Shown here: positions 52,507 to 64,000 of the stretch, piece after piece
Numbering within the stretch: position 1 is the first letter of the stretch
Layout of the letters: each line of letters starts with the position of its first letter
DNA from: Basidiobolus meristosporus CBS 931.73
Taxonomy: Eukaryota > Fungi > Basidiobolomycota
Assembly: GCA_002104905.1 (NCBI GenBank)
Contig: MCFE01000023.1
Coordinates: 124,001-188,000, forward strand
Length of the DNA stretch: 64,000 nucleotides
Direction: 5' to 3'
Notes under the pieces: generated by a model
The model's database searches: none
What the model saw: only the letters and a program-made list of their open reading frames with translations
What the model was told of the DNA's origin: nothing
Made by a program: the position numbers and the translations under genes

Positions 52507-54453
52507 ATGAGATATTGTGCACTGACTCCTGTTTTGCTTGGACTTCTCTCATATCGTTTGGTCCAAGGCGAGGCTTCTGAGGAGGAGGACCTATTCACAC
52601 GACATGACTATAAATTAAGTTTCAAGAAACCTTACGTGGTTGATGATGTCATTCCAAATTTCCGCCACTATGATAGTAAGATACTGTTCCCAGTTATCCC
52701 TCGAGGTATTCTTAAACTTATCTTCCGTAGATGCTATCGTCAGCCCCAGCTCAATCAGGCTGGCGCCAAGTGTCCCAGGATTGAAAGGCTCCATTTGGGC
52801 AGAAAACCCAAATCCATACAAACAGTGGGAGGTCGAGTTCTCTTTCACTATTACAGGCAGAGGCTATACTGGTGGCAACGGTCTCGCATTTTGGTATACT
52901 AAAGAGAGCGCACAGTCTGGTCCAATCTATGGTAGCCGTGACCAATGGGACGGGCTTGCCATTTTCTTTGACACATTCGACCCCAAGGCAAACGTATGTT
53001 GACTAGAAGATACTCGTGTGTGTCGTAGAGGTCTGGATATTCATATTTCGTATTATTTAGAGATACACACCATTTGTTTCTGCATTTCTCAATGATGGGG
53101 CTTTGAAGATCAGCCAGATTTCCGAGAAAAACTCAAAGATGTTTGCTGGGTGCCACAAAGATTACCGAAACTCCAAAGGACCTGTTTATGCAAAGCTATC
53201 GTATTACGACTATACCTTAACTGTATGAATTCATGCACCTGTATAGTTTTGGTGAATTTGATCTGACATTTCGCTTTTTCAGCTCTCTATAGATACTGTC
53301 GAGAAAGGGCAGGCATACATTAAATGTTTCGAGGCCTCCGATATCGAATTGCCGACTGGGTATTATTTTGGTTTCTCTGCCTCCACCTCCGAACTAGCTG
53401 GTTAGTCGAAAATGCCATTGTCTTTGCACGGTTTGATCACTCAGCTCACATCTTTCAAAGACGACCATGATATCATTTCTTTCGAAACCTACGAAGTGAA
53501 CCCACCAGACCGTAAAAAAGTAAGGGTCCCACTACACCACTAGTAGAGCTCGCAGTGTTTAACAGGCTTGTGTTAGGAGTCGTCTAAGAGGTCTCATGAA
53601 GCAGAAAAGGTCAAAAAGACCGGAACATTCAAGCTGAAATCCAAGGATAAGAAGGTCAGTGAGAGTAGAGTGTGTAAACTGGCAGCCGAAACTAATCGAT
53701 GTCTTTAGAAAATCGAGGAGATCCAAACCAAAATGGAGGAACTCAGAAAAGAGGAAGAGCTTCAAGAGACAGGATTAGTAAGCACTTTTCTAAACTCTGC
53801 ATCCATGAGACATGTTTTCTCATACATTTAAACAGCCACCTCTATTGGAAGGCCTGCAAGAAACTCAACTTAAAATCATAGAGTCGTTAAATAGCCTACA
53901 GTCAACAGTTGAGGAGCTGGTGAGCGAAAAAGAAGAAACTCCAATTGCGGTGATCAGTGAGGATGGGTCACCAGCCAAGGTCGATACTGAGTTAAGGTAA
54001 GTGCTTATTGAGAATTACCGGCCCAAATCACGGACTAACACAAATCCAGCCAAAAGATTTCGAGAATGGCAAAAGACATGGGCATCTTGAGAAAGACTTT
54101 AACCACTCTGACAGACGACCTTCGTGAATTCATGAAAACAACCAAAGATAATGATGAGCTGCAAAAGATCCGGGACTCCATTGATAATCTGGATTCAAAG
54201 CTTGATAATATCCTGGTAAGTCCGCTCAGCTTCCATAAGTCAGTGAATTCGAATTAACCAAATCGCACAGTCCAAATCTACCCCCAAGGGGTTCAAAAAC
54301 CTAAAAAGCCAAATGGGTAACCCAGCACAATCGCCCGTAGAACGGTCTTACTGGAAGTACATCTTTGGATTTGTCGGTCTTCAAGTTGCTCTGGCAGTAG
54401 GCTACACGATCTATATGAAGAAATTTGACAATTCGGGAAAAAAATACATATGA
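52507..54453 (+). CDS. L-type lectin cargo receptor (ERGIC-53/Emp47-like)
   Basis: Signal peptide, HDYKLSFKKP, WEVEFSF.I.G..GGNGLAFWY, WDGLAIFFDT, LPTGYYFGFSAST..DDHDIISF, coiled coil, TM segment, KKYI* tail. Confidence 0.93.
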
Positions 54454-55837
54454 ATCATTTCTGTTACGTTACAATTATTCGGAGTACAATCCCTTAGGCT
54501 GTAGTTTTCTATACTTCTTGTATCTTTCATCGGTTAAACTTTCATAAAGTCGGAGTAAATCGAAATACACCATCGTCTCTAGCTAATATTGGTAATGATC
54601 CAAGAATTCCCTATCAACACTGCTACTCCCGGTTGCACAATTCACTGTATGCACTCTGGTTTCATATGGAGGCAAACCACAATCGAGATTTCCTCTTAAA
54701 GTGATAGCGCAACAGCCTGACTCCCAACACCATAGCACTCCTTACAAATAGCCCCCTCATTCGCCAGGAATAATTGCATAGCTGTCTGAATCTCGGCACG
54801 GTAAGGTGCCAACCCCTCAGCAATTACCAACAATTTGTGACCATAAATAGAACATCAAGGCAGCAACGATCTTGGGTGTCTTGGTATTATGTAGTATACT
54901 GATTTGGAGTGAACGAATTTCCACTTCCAATTAATTCTCCGCATTGTTTGACCTTCTTTGTAAGTACTAGTGTGAGGATTTTCAGTGAGGAGTCAGGGCT
55001 TGATTGCTTGATTTACGACCTTTGAGGCCCTATCAGCCCATATCCATAAATTGGTTTTTTCCATTTTGAAGTAGCGTTGATCACTTTGTTAAGCAAGAAT
55101 GGTACAACTGCAATCGTGCCCACGGAAACATCCGCAACCAGCCTACGCTTAGTTTGAAGGCAGAGACCGCGCTGCCTCCTCATATCTTTTTCATCAAACT
55201 AACTGTGAAGACAACGGTTTAGCCTGAATATGAGGCGCATGAAACAACCCGAAATCCGAAATCCAATAATCAAATATTGGATGAAACTGCGGCTTGTGCC
55301 AAGTCAACACACATGGTTTTGGTGCTACTGCTCATTCAGAAAGTGCTACATACTGAGGTCACTTGAATGTAATCCATGATGAAGCCTATTGGCCTGATGA
55401 TATCGTTCGTGTGAAAGCAAATCAACTAGTGGCGAACTCTATGCAACTGATCTCCAGTGCGCAGGATCGATATTATCCAGGTGTTTAGCCTTAATAGTAG
55501 ATCCTAATTGATTCCATTCTAGGATGGCTAATGCAAATACCCATTCTGGTGCGGCCTAGACGAGATTGCCGACCTCAGAGAAGTTTAATTGGCTTTCGGA
55601 GTTACATTGATTCTCGATATTCCACTGAAACAACGAATCGCCATTGATCCGTTGATATTTCCGAGGTTATTTATATAGAATTGGGAACGGTTACTGAAAT
55701 GGAACTTTGTTAAGAAAGGCGTCACTGTGGTTGACTATACATGATGGAATTAATTAATGTCAATCTCAAGCCATTTCCAATGGATATTTTAAGAAAAGTC
55801 TAGTAAGAGATCCATGAGCTAAACTTATAGTGATGCT

Positions 55838-55951
55838 GGCCAATCAGGCTGACCGGTGATCAAAAGAATTGGTAAATGGAAAGATGATGGAAACGTAATG
55901 GGATTTCCTGCCCATTCTGAGAATTTCATTGATGGACTCCCAGCCAATCAG
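55838..55951 (+). promoter_or_regulatory. Two identical GCCAATCAG CCAAT-box (NF-Y/HAP) consensus sites upstream of MCM1
   Basis: GGCCAATCAG at 55838-55847 and AGCCAATCAG at 55942-55951. Confidence 0.45.
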
Positions 55952-56348
55952 TTGCCTATTTCTCGGATATGGTCACAAGAATGGGGATTCCTGGACGAAT
56001 AGGATTTCCGGGCCACTACTGAAAAAAAAGCTGATGTTGATCTGGGCTAACTATAAAACTACATAAAAGACCTTTTCTAATTTGGAATTGCTATATCCTC
56101 CATTTTGCCACGCACTCCTGCTCGTTTGGTTTAAAAGCTTATACCCTATCCATACACCAAAACCTTGATTTGGAACCTTGTTCATCAGATATTTCACATC
56201 TCAAGTCCCGTTTTGGTTTCTATCTCTTTATTTGAACGTATATTGCGCTATTCTTGTTTTTACACCTTTTCGGTTCTGTGACGCATACTAGCAAGTTTCC
56301 TGCCAACTTACGTTCTTTAATTGTTCGACCGTTGCTTTAATATCCAAT

Positions 56349-57482
56349 ATGAATAATCTTGGTACCGCAAACACGATGAACAGCGTTGTAAACAGAAGCT
56401 TCAATAACAGCGGCATTTCCTCCCCGCTTTCAAAAGAGGACCAGCGCGGAACTAAGCGCGAATTTGAGGATGACGACGATGGTGACTCGGACGAAGTTGC
56501 CCCCAAAAATGAGAAGAGGGCTGGTCGCCGCAAGATCAAAATCGAGTATATCGAAGATAAGAGTCGTCGCCACATTACTTTCAGCAAACGTAAGGCTGGT
56601 ATCATGAAGAAGGTATGTTATTTGGATGTAATCCCATCTCTAATCAGATACTGACCATTGTCTATAGGCTTACGAGTTGAGTACGCTCACTGGCACTCAG
56701 GTGCTCCTCTTGGTCGTCTCCGAAACCGGGCTCGTTTATACTTTCACCACGCCTAAATTGCAGCCATTGGTGACCCAGCCAGAGGGGAAAAACCTAATTC
56801 AGTCTTGCTTGAATGCTCCAGATCCAGCACAATCTAAAGATAGTAACTCTTCACCCGTAAGTCTAATCGACTTTACAATGAATGCCATGGCTCTTTTACT
56901 GATATTCAATCTATTAGCAGCCAAGCCAGCCCCGTACACCGCAACCATCCAATGTTTATGGCAACGAGGGCGTCCCAGTCGAACCAACCAACGATCCGAT
57001 CTACGGAGACGACAGAAAGGTTGGTTTTCTATGCCATTGATCACTGTGGAGCCAGGTCTTAACTCTTATACTTATAGCAGTCAGCTCCACACAATGCTTA
57101 CAATGCTGCTCTTGCGGGGCTCAACTACGGTCAACAATATGGTGGACTTCCCAGCCAGCTCTCTAACCAGATGAGCCCACAAATGCCCAGCCAACTGTCC
57201 GGCCAGATGTCTAGTCCGATGGCCAACCAGATGCCCAATCAAATGCCCAACCAACTCCAATCACAACTATCATCACAAATGTCTAATCAAATGCCACTCG
57301 GCGCAGGAAGCTTAAACTCAGGCAATTACATGAACCCAGGACAGTATCCCCAATACAATCAGCAGCAGTCCATCAATCCATACGCTGCCCAAGCCAACCA
57401 GTACATGCAGCCCAACAACTACTGGGGAGGTAACACCAACATGAACAAGATTCCTCAGTATCCTCAGGGGGACAAGAAGTAA
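56349..57482 (+). CDS. MCM1: MADS-box transcription factor, SRF/Mcm1 type, 4 exons
   Basis: GRRKIKIEYIEDKSRRHITFSKRKAGIMKK|AYELSTLTGTQVLLLVVSETGLVYTFTTPKLQPLV. Q/M/N-rich tail. Confidence 0.97.
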
Positions 57483-57955
57483 ACGTTGGTACGCCGTTGC
57501 TTGTTCAGTTCGTACATACATATTCTCCTAAAACGATCATAGACATTTTTATTTGGTTAATTTTGCATTTGTTCAATAATACCAGTTCGCAGCTCGTCCT
57601 TTTTTGCTTGGGTTTAGTTTCCTATTTCTTTCCATGTAAAATTTCCTACCATTTTGTGATTTGTTGCCTTTTTGTGGGTATTCAATTACCTGATTATACA
57701 TGTTCGTTGATGTCACCCATTCCTTTTAGACTTTTTCCATAGTAAACTCCTATTTCAAAAGCAGCTCGACAACCATTTCCATATTCTGTTGCGTGCTCTC
57801 CATATTGTTGTTTGCGGGCACTTCAATGTTTGCGGCCCAAACTAGTCCATCAGTAGTGATTTTGGTGCAGTGGTTCAGTTAGTTTACATCTATCGTGAAT
57901 TAGGGTTTAATACAGAGTATATAATCAAAGGGGAGTTGGGTAAATGTAATCCGGC

Positions 57956-58610
57956 TCAGTTATTATCGTCCTCCCAGGCCTCCAACCAGGCATCTGACTG
58001 ATACAAGCATGCATTCACCACACCTATAGGAATATCCTGTAGCTCAGGCACAGCACTTTCGGTCATCCGAGTTTGGTCACCGGGCTTCATGACGTTCGCG
58101 AATTCATCTATTATATTGGTTTTCTTCTCAATTAGACATATCCGTTGAGTGAAAGCCGTGTGGGTTAGCAAACGTACCGGTGAAAGTATTGAAGGAGTCG
58201 AATGGCGCGGTGGTAAGGAGATTGTAGGAGATGAACACGAGGAATACATAGAGTGCGACCGCAAAGATCCACACAGGGACTGCCAGCGCCCAATACCTAG
58301 AGTGGGGGTTAGCGAGGTTGGGAAATTTCTTCATCAAGGGTTTGACTCGCCTGTTGGGATAGTACGTGATGCCAATCTTATCTAGAGTTCCTTCGGGAAG
58401 GTAGGCCCAAAGTAACCAGCCCCCTAAGTAAGCAGAATGTTACGTCTAGTTGTTGAAGAGACTTTCTTATAATGGATTACCGTAAGCAAAGAAGGAAATT
58501 AGATAGATCACAAAGCCGTAGTACTCGTAGGTGGGGGTCTTGGTTAGTGTGGTCGGAGAATCATCTAGGAATGCCGGTGAGTTCGGGTTGTTATTTGCAA
58601 CGCTGGACAT
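57956..58610 (-). CDS. PIGP: GPI-GlcNAc transferase subunit PIG-P/Gpi19, 4 exons
   Basis: TYEYYGFVIY, WLLWAYLPE..GITYYPN|RYWALAVP, LQDIPIGVVNACLY. Confidence 0.92.
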
Positions 58611-59277
58611 GTCAAGAAAATGCCCGTCAAATTTTACAATTGAGCTCCTGAACCTTGGGTTGCTTCAATAAACTAGCTTATCAACCTCAGCTTGATCTCC
58701 TAACGTCGATTAATGACAAAAACCATGCTGTTTTTTGAGGATCATGATTGGTAACAAACTTGCACATTACCACTACCCAGAGATACAAGGTCGGTGCAAA
58801 ATACATTATCGCCTGCTAAGTGAATCGTGTATGGGGTGCCCGGAGAAACGATTGATTTCTACCGGATGGCCAATTTAACGATCTTGATTGATTTGATGAT
58901 ACTCATATTCCGGGAATTTAAACGGAAATTCTGAGAACTATTGGCAGTTAACCACGGTTCATAATTACGTTTGGTTTCGGTGGGATGATTTGATTAATAG
59001 AATTCGGCGGATTTTCGTACAAAAAGGATTCGCATATGTCGGAGGATTCCTTCTTTTTGCCTACTTTCTAGTTGGACAAGCTCAGTGAGGTATGTATCTT
59101 TTCACCTAGAGATTGGTTGCTCCCAGTTGCCACATGAATACATCCATCTTCATCCCACAAGCCGAGTTGATTCTCATCACCTGATCCATCTTTTTTTTCT
59201 ATTTCATCCATCCATTTCGGCAGTAGCGCTTCACTCTTGATATTGGCTTACCTTCCTTACCAGCAGTAACTGTGATA

Positions 59278-59616
59278 ATGGCTCAACGTGTTACCTATCG
59301 TCGTCGTCTCTCCTACAACACCAAGTCTAACCGTGTCCGCATTGTTAAGACCCCCGGTGGCAAGCTTACCTACTTGCACGAGAAGAAGCCTGGCAGCAGC
59401 CCCCGTTGCGGTGACTGTGGTATGAACCTTGCCGGTGTCCCTGCCCTTCGCCCACGTGAATACGCTCGCATCTCCAAGCGTCAAAAGACCGTCCAACGTC
59501 CTTACGGTGGTAGTCGTTGCGGCCACTGCGTCCGTGAACGTATTGTCCGTGCCTTCCTCATCGAGGAGCAGAAGATTGTCAAGAGAGTCATCAAGGCTCA
59601 ATCTGGCAAAAACTAA
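59278..59616 (+). CDS. RPL34: 60S ribosomal protein eL34 (5'-UTR intron near 59090-59261)
   Basis: MAQRVTYRRRLSYNTKSN..VKTPGG..CGDC..RPYGGSRC..RAFLIEEQKIV. Confidence 0.99.
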   Translation: MAQRVTYRRRLSYNTKSNRVRIVKTPGGKLTYLHEKKPGSSPRCGDCGMNLAGVPALRPREYARISKRQKTVQRPYGGSRCGHCVRERIVRAFLIEEQKIVKRVIKAQSGKN

Positions 59617-59930
59617 ATCCATAGTGTAGCTATTTCAGATGATCTAATAAATAACCCGTCAACTCAACTCAAACCTCGCGAAGCCAACACCCACCGAATT
59701 ACTATGTAGTGTAGACCGCAATGGCTGAGGGGGTTGATTGAATCTCGATCCCCGACGGGTGGGCTCTCGCCATAACACGAAGCATTGGGAATTTCCATGG
59801 GGAATGTGGTTGGTTTAATTGGAGCATGTTTACTCTTGGAAAGTCCGACGAATTAAATACTAGTACAAGGTAAAAATAGAATTGGTGCTCATTCCGTCTT
59901 GACGATTCAAGCTTTTAAATCGAGTCGAGT

Positions 59931-61227
59931 TTACTGCTTGGGCTCGAAGGGGACAACCAACATTTCCGAGAATTCCTTGATATCGTTCACGCCACGGACT
60001 TCCTTGGTAAGGAGTGGCAATCTGACGATGTGGAAGTCCTCGTAAAGGTCGTAGATTTGGTCGAGATATTTCTGCTGCATCTTGTGACGGACGTTGCACT
60101 GCTCACAGTCAGAACCGGTCTTGGGGAACAAGAGTTGGTTGACGATGATGTTGTGTGTATCGATCTCGTAGGCAGTCAACTCTTGAATCATACGCTCGGT
60201 TTCGTACAGGGAAAGGAATTCCGAGATACAGACGCACACGAAGGTGGTCTTTTCCTGTTCGTGGGGGGGGGGAAGTTGTTCAATGTAAGTGGGGGTGGGT
60301 TTGGTCATGGTTGAGACGGACAAATCAACTTACTGGGTCCTTGAATTGGTTGTTGACCTCAGTAATAACTGAGCGCATACCCTCGAGTTTGCTAAACATA
60401 TCCTCTTGAGGGTCCATTCCCATCATTCCGGACATCTATAGAAAGGAACAATCGTTAGGCGGTTGGTTCGACAAGTGTTATCAACTGTAGCTTACTTGTT
60501 GCAACATAGGTCCAAATCTACCACTTAACTGGGACACCTTGGCGAGAGCCTTCTCCAGAACAGAGGGGAAAGACAAGAAGCGAAGAGTATGTCCGGTGGG
60601 TGCGGTATCAAACACAACAACTGAGTACTCCATTGACTTGACAAGTCTGGAAGGGGGATGGTTAACAACGAGGGAAACAAGAAATCGGGAAGAATAAATA
60701 GCCATACTTCATGACTTCGGCAAAGCCCATGGCTTCATCAACACCTGGAATAGCGAAGGCAAGATCCTGCATCATGGAGCTCATAGCACCACCTTCAGCT
60801 TTATCAATCATCTCTTGAATGCTGCTTGTTGGGTCGATTTCCTGCAGTCAAAAGTTAGGCATATGAACCTCGACCCCACACAACTTCCAAACTTACCATA
60901 GCATAGAAGTTGTTGAAACCGTTCACCAAAGTAGGGGTCTTGGAAAACTTCTGGCTGAAGGCGTCGGAAAGATTGTGTGCTGGATCGGTGGAGATGAGCA
61001 GGACACTATCTCTAACTTTCGATAACTGAACCGCTAGGGAACAACTAGACGTCAAGGAAGGCGTTAGTGAAGGATGGGAGAGGGGTGCCGTTCGAGGGAA
61101 ATGTCTCGTACCTGCTGGTAGTTTTACCGACACCACCTTTACCACCAACGAAAATCCAGTTGAGTGATTTTTGGTCGAGCACATTGCGAAGGGAGCCTTC
61201 AAGAGGTTGGAATTCTTCGTCAGACAT
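59931..61227 (-). CDS. GET3: ArsA-family ATPase Get3/Asna1
   Basis: [67 protein letters not shown]. Confidence 0.98.
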
Positions 61228-61338
61228 GTTGATAGGTGGTGTTGACGTTGATAAAACGGATACTTTAGTAAGAGTACGTCAAATCCTTCTCGTCAATATA
61301 CTAGTTGCGAAATCCTTCTACAAAGTTCCCTAGTTATG

Positions 61339-61393
61339 TCACGTGATACGTCACCATCGAAATGAACACTCAATCCCGAATGCCGCCAATCAG
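61339..61393. promoter_or_regulatory. TCACGTGA E-box (Cbf1-type) and GCCAATCAG CCAAT box upstream of GET3
   Basis: TCACGTGA at 61339-61346 and GCCAATCAG at 61385-61393, within about 170 bp of the ATG. Confidence 0.4.
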
Positions 61394-61749
61394 ATGCCCT
61401 TCACCAACAGCCCCTGATATACGATAACAGCGTATACCGGAAGAAAGCACCGCAGTATAGTAGATTTCTCATATTCAAGAACAAGATTAAAGAGTTTGAA
61501 AGCTGATCAGCTGTTCGATCAAATTACCAAACGCATTTCTCAATGCCCAAAAGATCTAATCTAAGCCATTTGTGTATGGAGGCGAAGCATTGCTCAATTG
61601 TGATGAACAGTGCAGCAATGTAATAATGCCATTCCAAATTCAGCCACCGTACATAGCGGTAATGCCCTTTCACCCACCCACTCGCTCCCGGAAATCAATG
61701 TTCGGTGTCGTTCGAAGAAATGCTGGTCAGGTTTGTTTATTGGAAAACT

Positions 61750-62983
61750 CTAAGTAGATGGTGTGGATCCTTGGTCAACGGTGACTGCTTGCTCTGATTG
61801 ATTGTCTTTCGTCTCCTCGTCAAGCTCGGCGAACTTACGACGCGGTATAACATAAGTGAATGCTGTCTCCCAGCTTTTCGTCTCCAGATATTTCACAAGA
61901 ATCTCGAATACTGTTGTGGGATGGAATTAGTCGGATGTTGGTAGCACTTCAATGTGAACAATCATTACCATGGTTGACGGTTAGGACTTTGCGGGTGGCC
62001 AGTTTCACAAACTCGCCGATTGGAAGTTGAGCCGTCTGGATGCCCTCCTCCTGAGCTTTGTTGTACGTTAAAAGCTTGATGGGACAGAGAGCAAGTTATT
62101 GATGCGGTCTGGATTCAATGGAATTCTCTCTCAAGGTACCTTATGCCGGTTCTTATCAACGATCCCGCCAATAATGTACACTTTGTCGTCGTCAAGCTCA
62201 TGAATGACGTTGGGTGAGTCGGCAGTCAGGTACACCAACTCCTCCTTTTTGAATACTTCAGTGTAGTTCCTCTTCTCAAAAGTGAAATTTTTCCAGTTCT
62301 TCATGTCCGGAGCTTCGTTGAAACGACGTTCAAGCTCGCCACCCAAACTGGTAGAATAAATATTTACAGGGTGTTTGCAGGCTCTGTTCGCAGAGTAGCA
62401 ACGTTGGATTTGCCCGAACATGGAGGATATTTCCTAAAGGATAAAGTCGATGAGGAAACGTGCACGCAGTTGAGATTCCCCTCTCCAAGTAAAAAAATTC
62501 TCCGCAGGGTTTGGCAAAATGACACTACCTTTGTTGTCATCAACGATTCAAAGCTAAGGTCTAATACAACTCTAACATCACTTGGCTCTTGTTCGAGCTT
62601 TACTTTCTTCGGTGGAGCCTCGACAAGACCTGATAGCAACAATGCATGTTTAGAAAAGACATGAAAGGGGGGTTTGAAGGCAGCAAACGGAGACCATGCA
62701 TACCAGCCTCAATTGCCTGTCGCTTTTCCGCCTTTTTCTGCTTGGCAAGCAGCTTTTTTTTGACTTTCCAGTCCTCTTTGGTGATTTCCAACCGCTTCTG
62801 CTTTATCAATTTTCTAAGGGCATTTTTGGTGACCCCCTCCGAGGAAATGCCCAATTCCTCGGCTTGCTCTAGCAACGAAGGACGTGTCTTATTTTGGTTC
62901 TCCTTTGAACTCACGTCAGGGGTGTCGGACGAAATCCCCTCGATATCTTTGACAGTGCTCATGATAGGCGAACCACTTGACAT
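61750..62983 (-). CDS. TRM10: tRNA m1G9 methyltransferase Trm10
   Basis: SKNALRK-like N-terminus, [61 protein letters not shown]. Confidence 0.96.
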
Positions 62984-63605
62984 TCACTAGACAACCATCC
63001 CTTCCACCACCCTCACGACTTTTTCAAGATCGGAATCGAATATGGAAAAACAAATTGAAATCGAATTGAGATCAAATTGAATGGGCTAATGTGTACATGA
63101 AGAAAAAACCGGCTGGTGTTCAACGTGGTAGCGATTATCTATATATTACTGTTTACCTATGATGGTTATTTGGATGACCCTGGGATTGGGTCTACTTGAT
63201 TCGCCTGAGGAGTACTAGAAAAATTCTCTGATGATTCCAATTGAGGTAATTGGTCAAGAAACCGATGGAAAGTACCCGAAGTATCTAGTAACGTTCAATC
63301 GAACTTGAGGATTCCCATTGGATTGCAGACGGCCCGTTGATTCGACGTGATCGCTGGGCTTTTTAAAGTAGCCAGGCCATATGAAAAATGTCCACAATTA
63401 TTAGCAAAACAAAGGAAAAAAAAGAACATTGCGCTGAATCCATTAATAATTGGGGAGTTCGAGAAAAGGGGCAACTTCCAATTGGAAACCAATTTCCGCC
63501 CAGGATTTATTAGACGCTCGCTTGGGTACTGGCCTCTTCTTGCTCAGTTACTTGACTTAACCGCCGGAAACTGTTCAGTGCCACTTCCTTCCCCTTTCAT
63601 TAATT

Positions 63606-64000
63606 ATGGTTAAGGACACCAAGTACTACGATATTTTGGGGGTTTCCCCAACCGCCTCCGAGAGTGAGCTCAAGAAAGCTTATCGCAAGCTTGCTTTGAA
63701 GTATCACCCTGATAAGGTAGATGTTCGAACTGGAAAACTTCATCTGGCCCTCTCCAGGCGAAACTAACTCTTTTCTCTGTTCAGAACCCTGATGCTGGGG
63801 ACAAGTTCAAGGATATCTCCCACGCTTACGAGATTCTGTCTGACTCTGAGAAGAGAAACATTTACGATCAGTATGGTGAGGAGGGTCTCAAGAATGAAGG
63901 CGGTCCTGGTATGTCTGCTGAGGATCTGTTCTCTCAGTTCTTCGGCGGAGGTTTCTTCGGCGGAGGTGGACCTCGTCAACCAAGTGGCCCCAGAAGAGGC
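63606..64000 (+). CDS. YDJ1: Type I DnaJ/Hsp40 (Ydj1/Mas5), 5' part; runs off the window end
   Basis: [32 protein letters not shown]|[31 protein letters not shown]. Confidence 0.97.

Noticed and set aside
55040-55052. CCATAAATTGG as an Mcm1/SRF autoregulatory CArG box
   Set aside because: It has seven A/T bases rather than the CC(A/T)6GG consensus and lies about 1.3 kb upstream.
63458-63465. TTCnnGAA heat-shock element upstream of YDJ1
   Set aside because: Only two nGAAn units are present. A functional HSE normally needs three or more.

Overview
This is eukaryotic, not prokaryotic, DNA: a compact, intron-rich fungal segment (mostly 55-70 nt GT-AG introns) with about 33 protein-coding genes. 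No rRNA, tRNA or CRISPR array was found. Gene content points to an early-diverging, non-Dikarya fungus (inference; Zoopagomycota/Mucoromycota-like): an MMAA/MeaB cobalamin chaperone, a RECQ1-type helicase, a bacterial-type AlaRS, LRRC40 and a BCL7-like protein. Most genes are housekeeping: P4 flippase, RPL8, RPS19, RPL34, EMC3, SLX9, UMP1, TFB1, PIG-P, GET3, TRM10, YDJ1, ZRC1, MME1, MCM1/SRF, a GATA factor, an L-type lectin and a GH5_12 glycosidase. The most interesting items are: (1) an intron-containing hAT-transposase-derived gene with an intact BED finger, a Q/P/S-rich insert, altered catalytic motifs and no visible TIRs, which looks domesticated; (2) a double-AAA ATPase with a natural Walker-B E-to-Q change in D2; (3) a split-exon BCL7-like SWI/SNF motif fused to a long acidic tail; (4) a long, hairpin-rich RPL8 intron; (5) a TGACA motif cluster upstream of the GATA gene. 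Several genes show single-base frame breaks, including the normally essential TFB1, so assembly indel error must be excluded before reading biology into them. All gene models were spliced by eye and no database searches were run.
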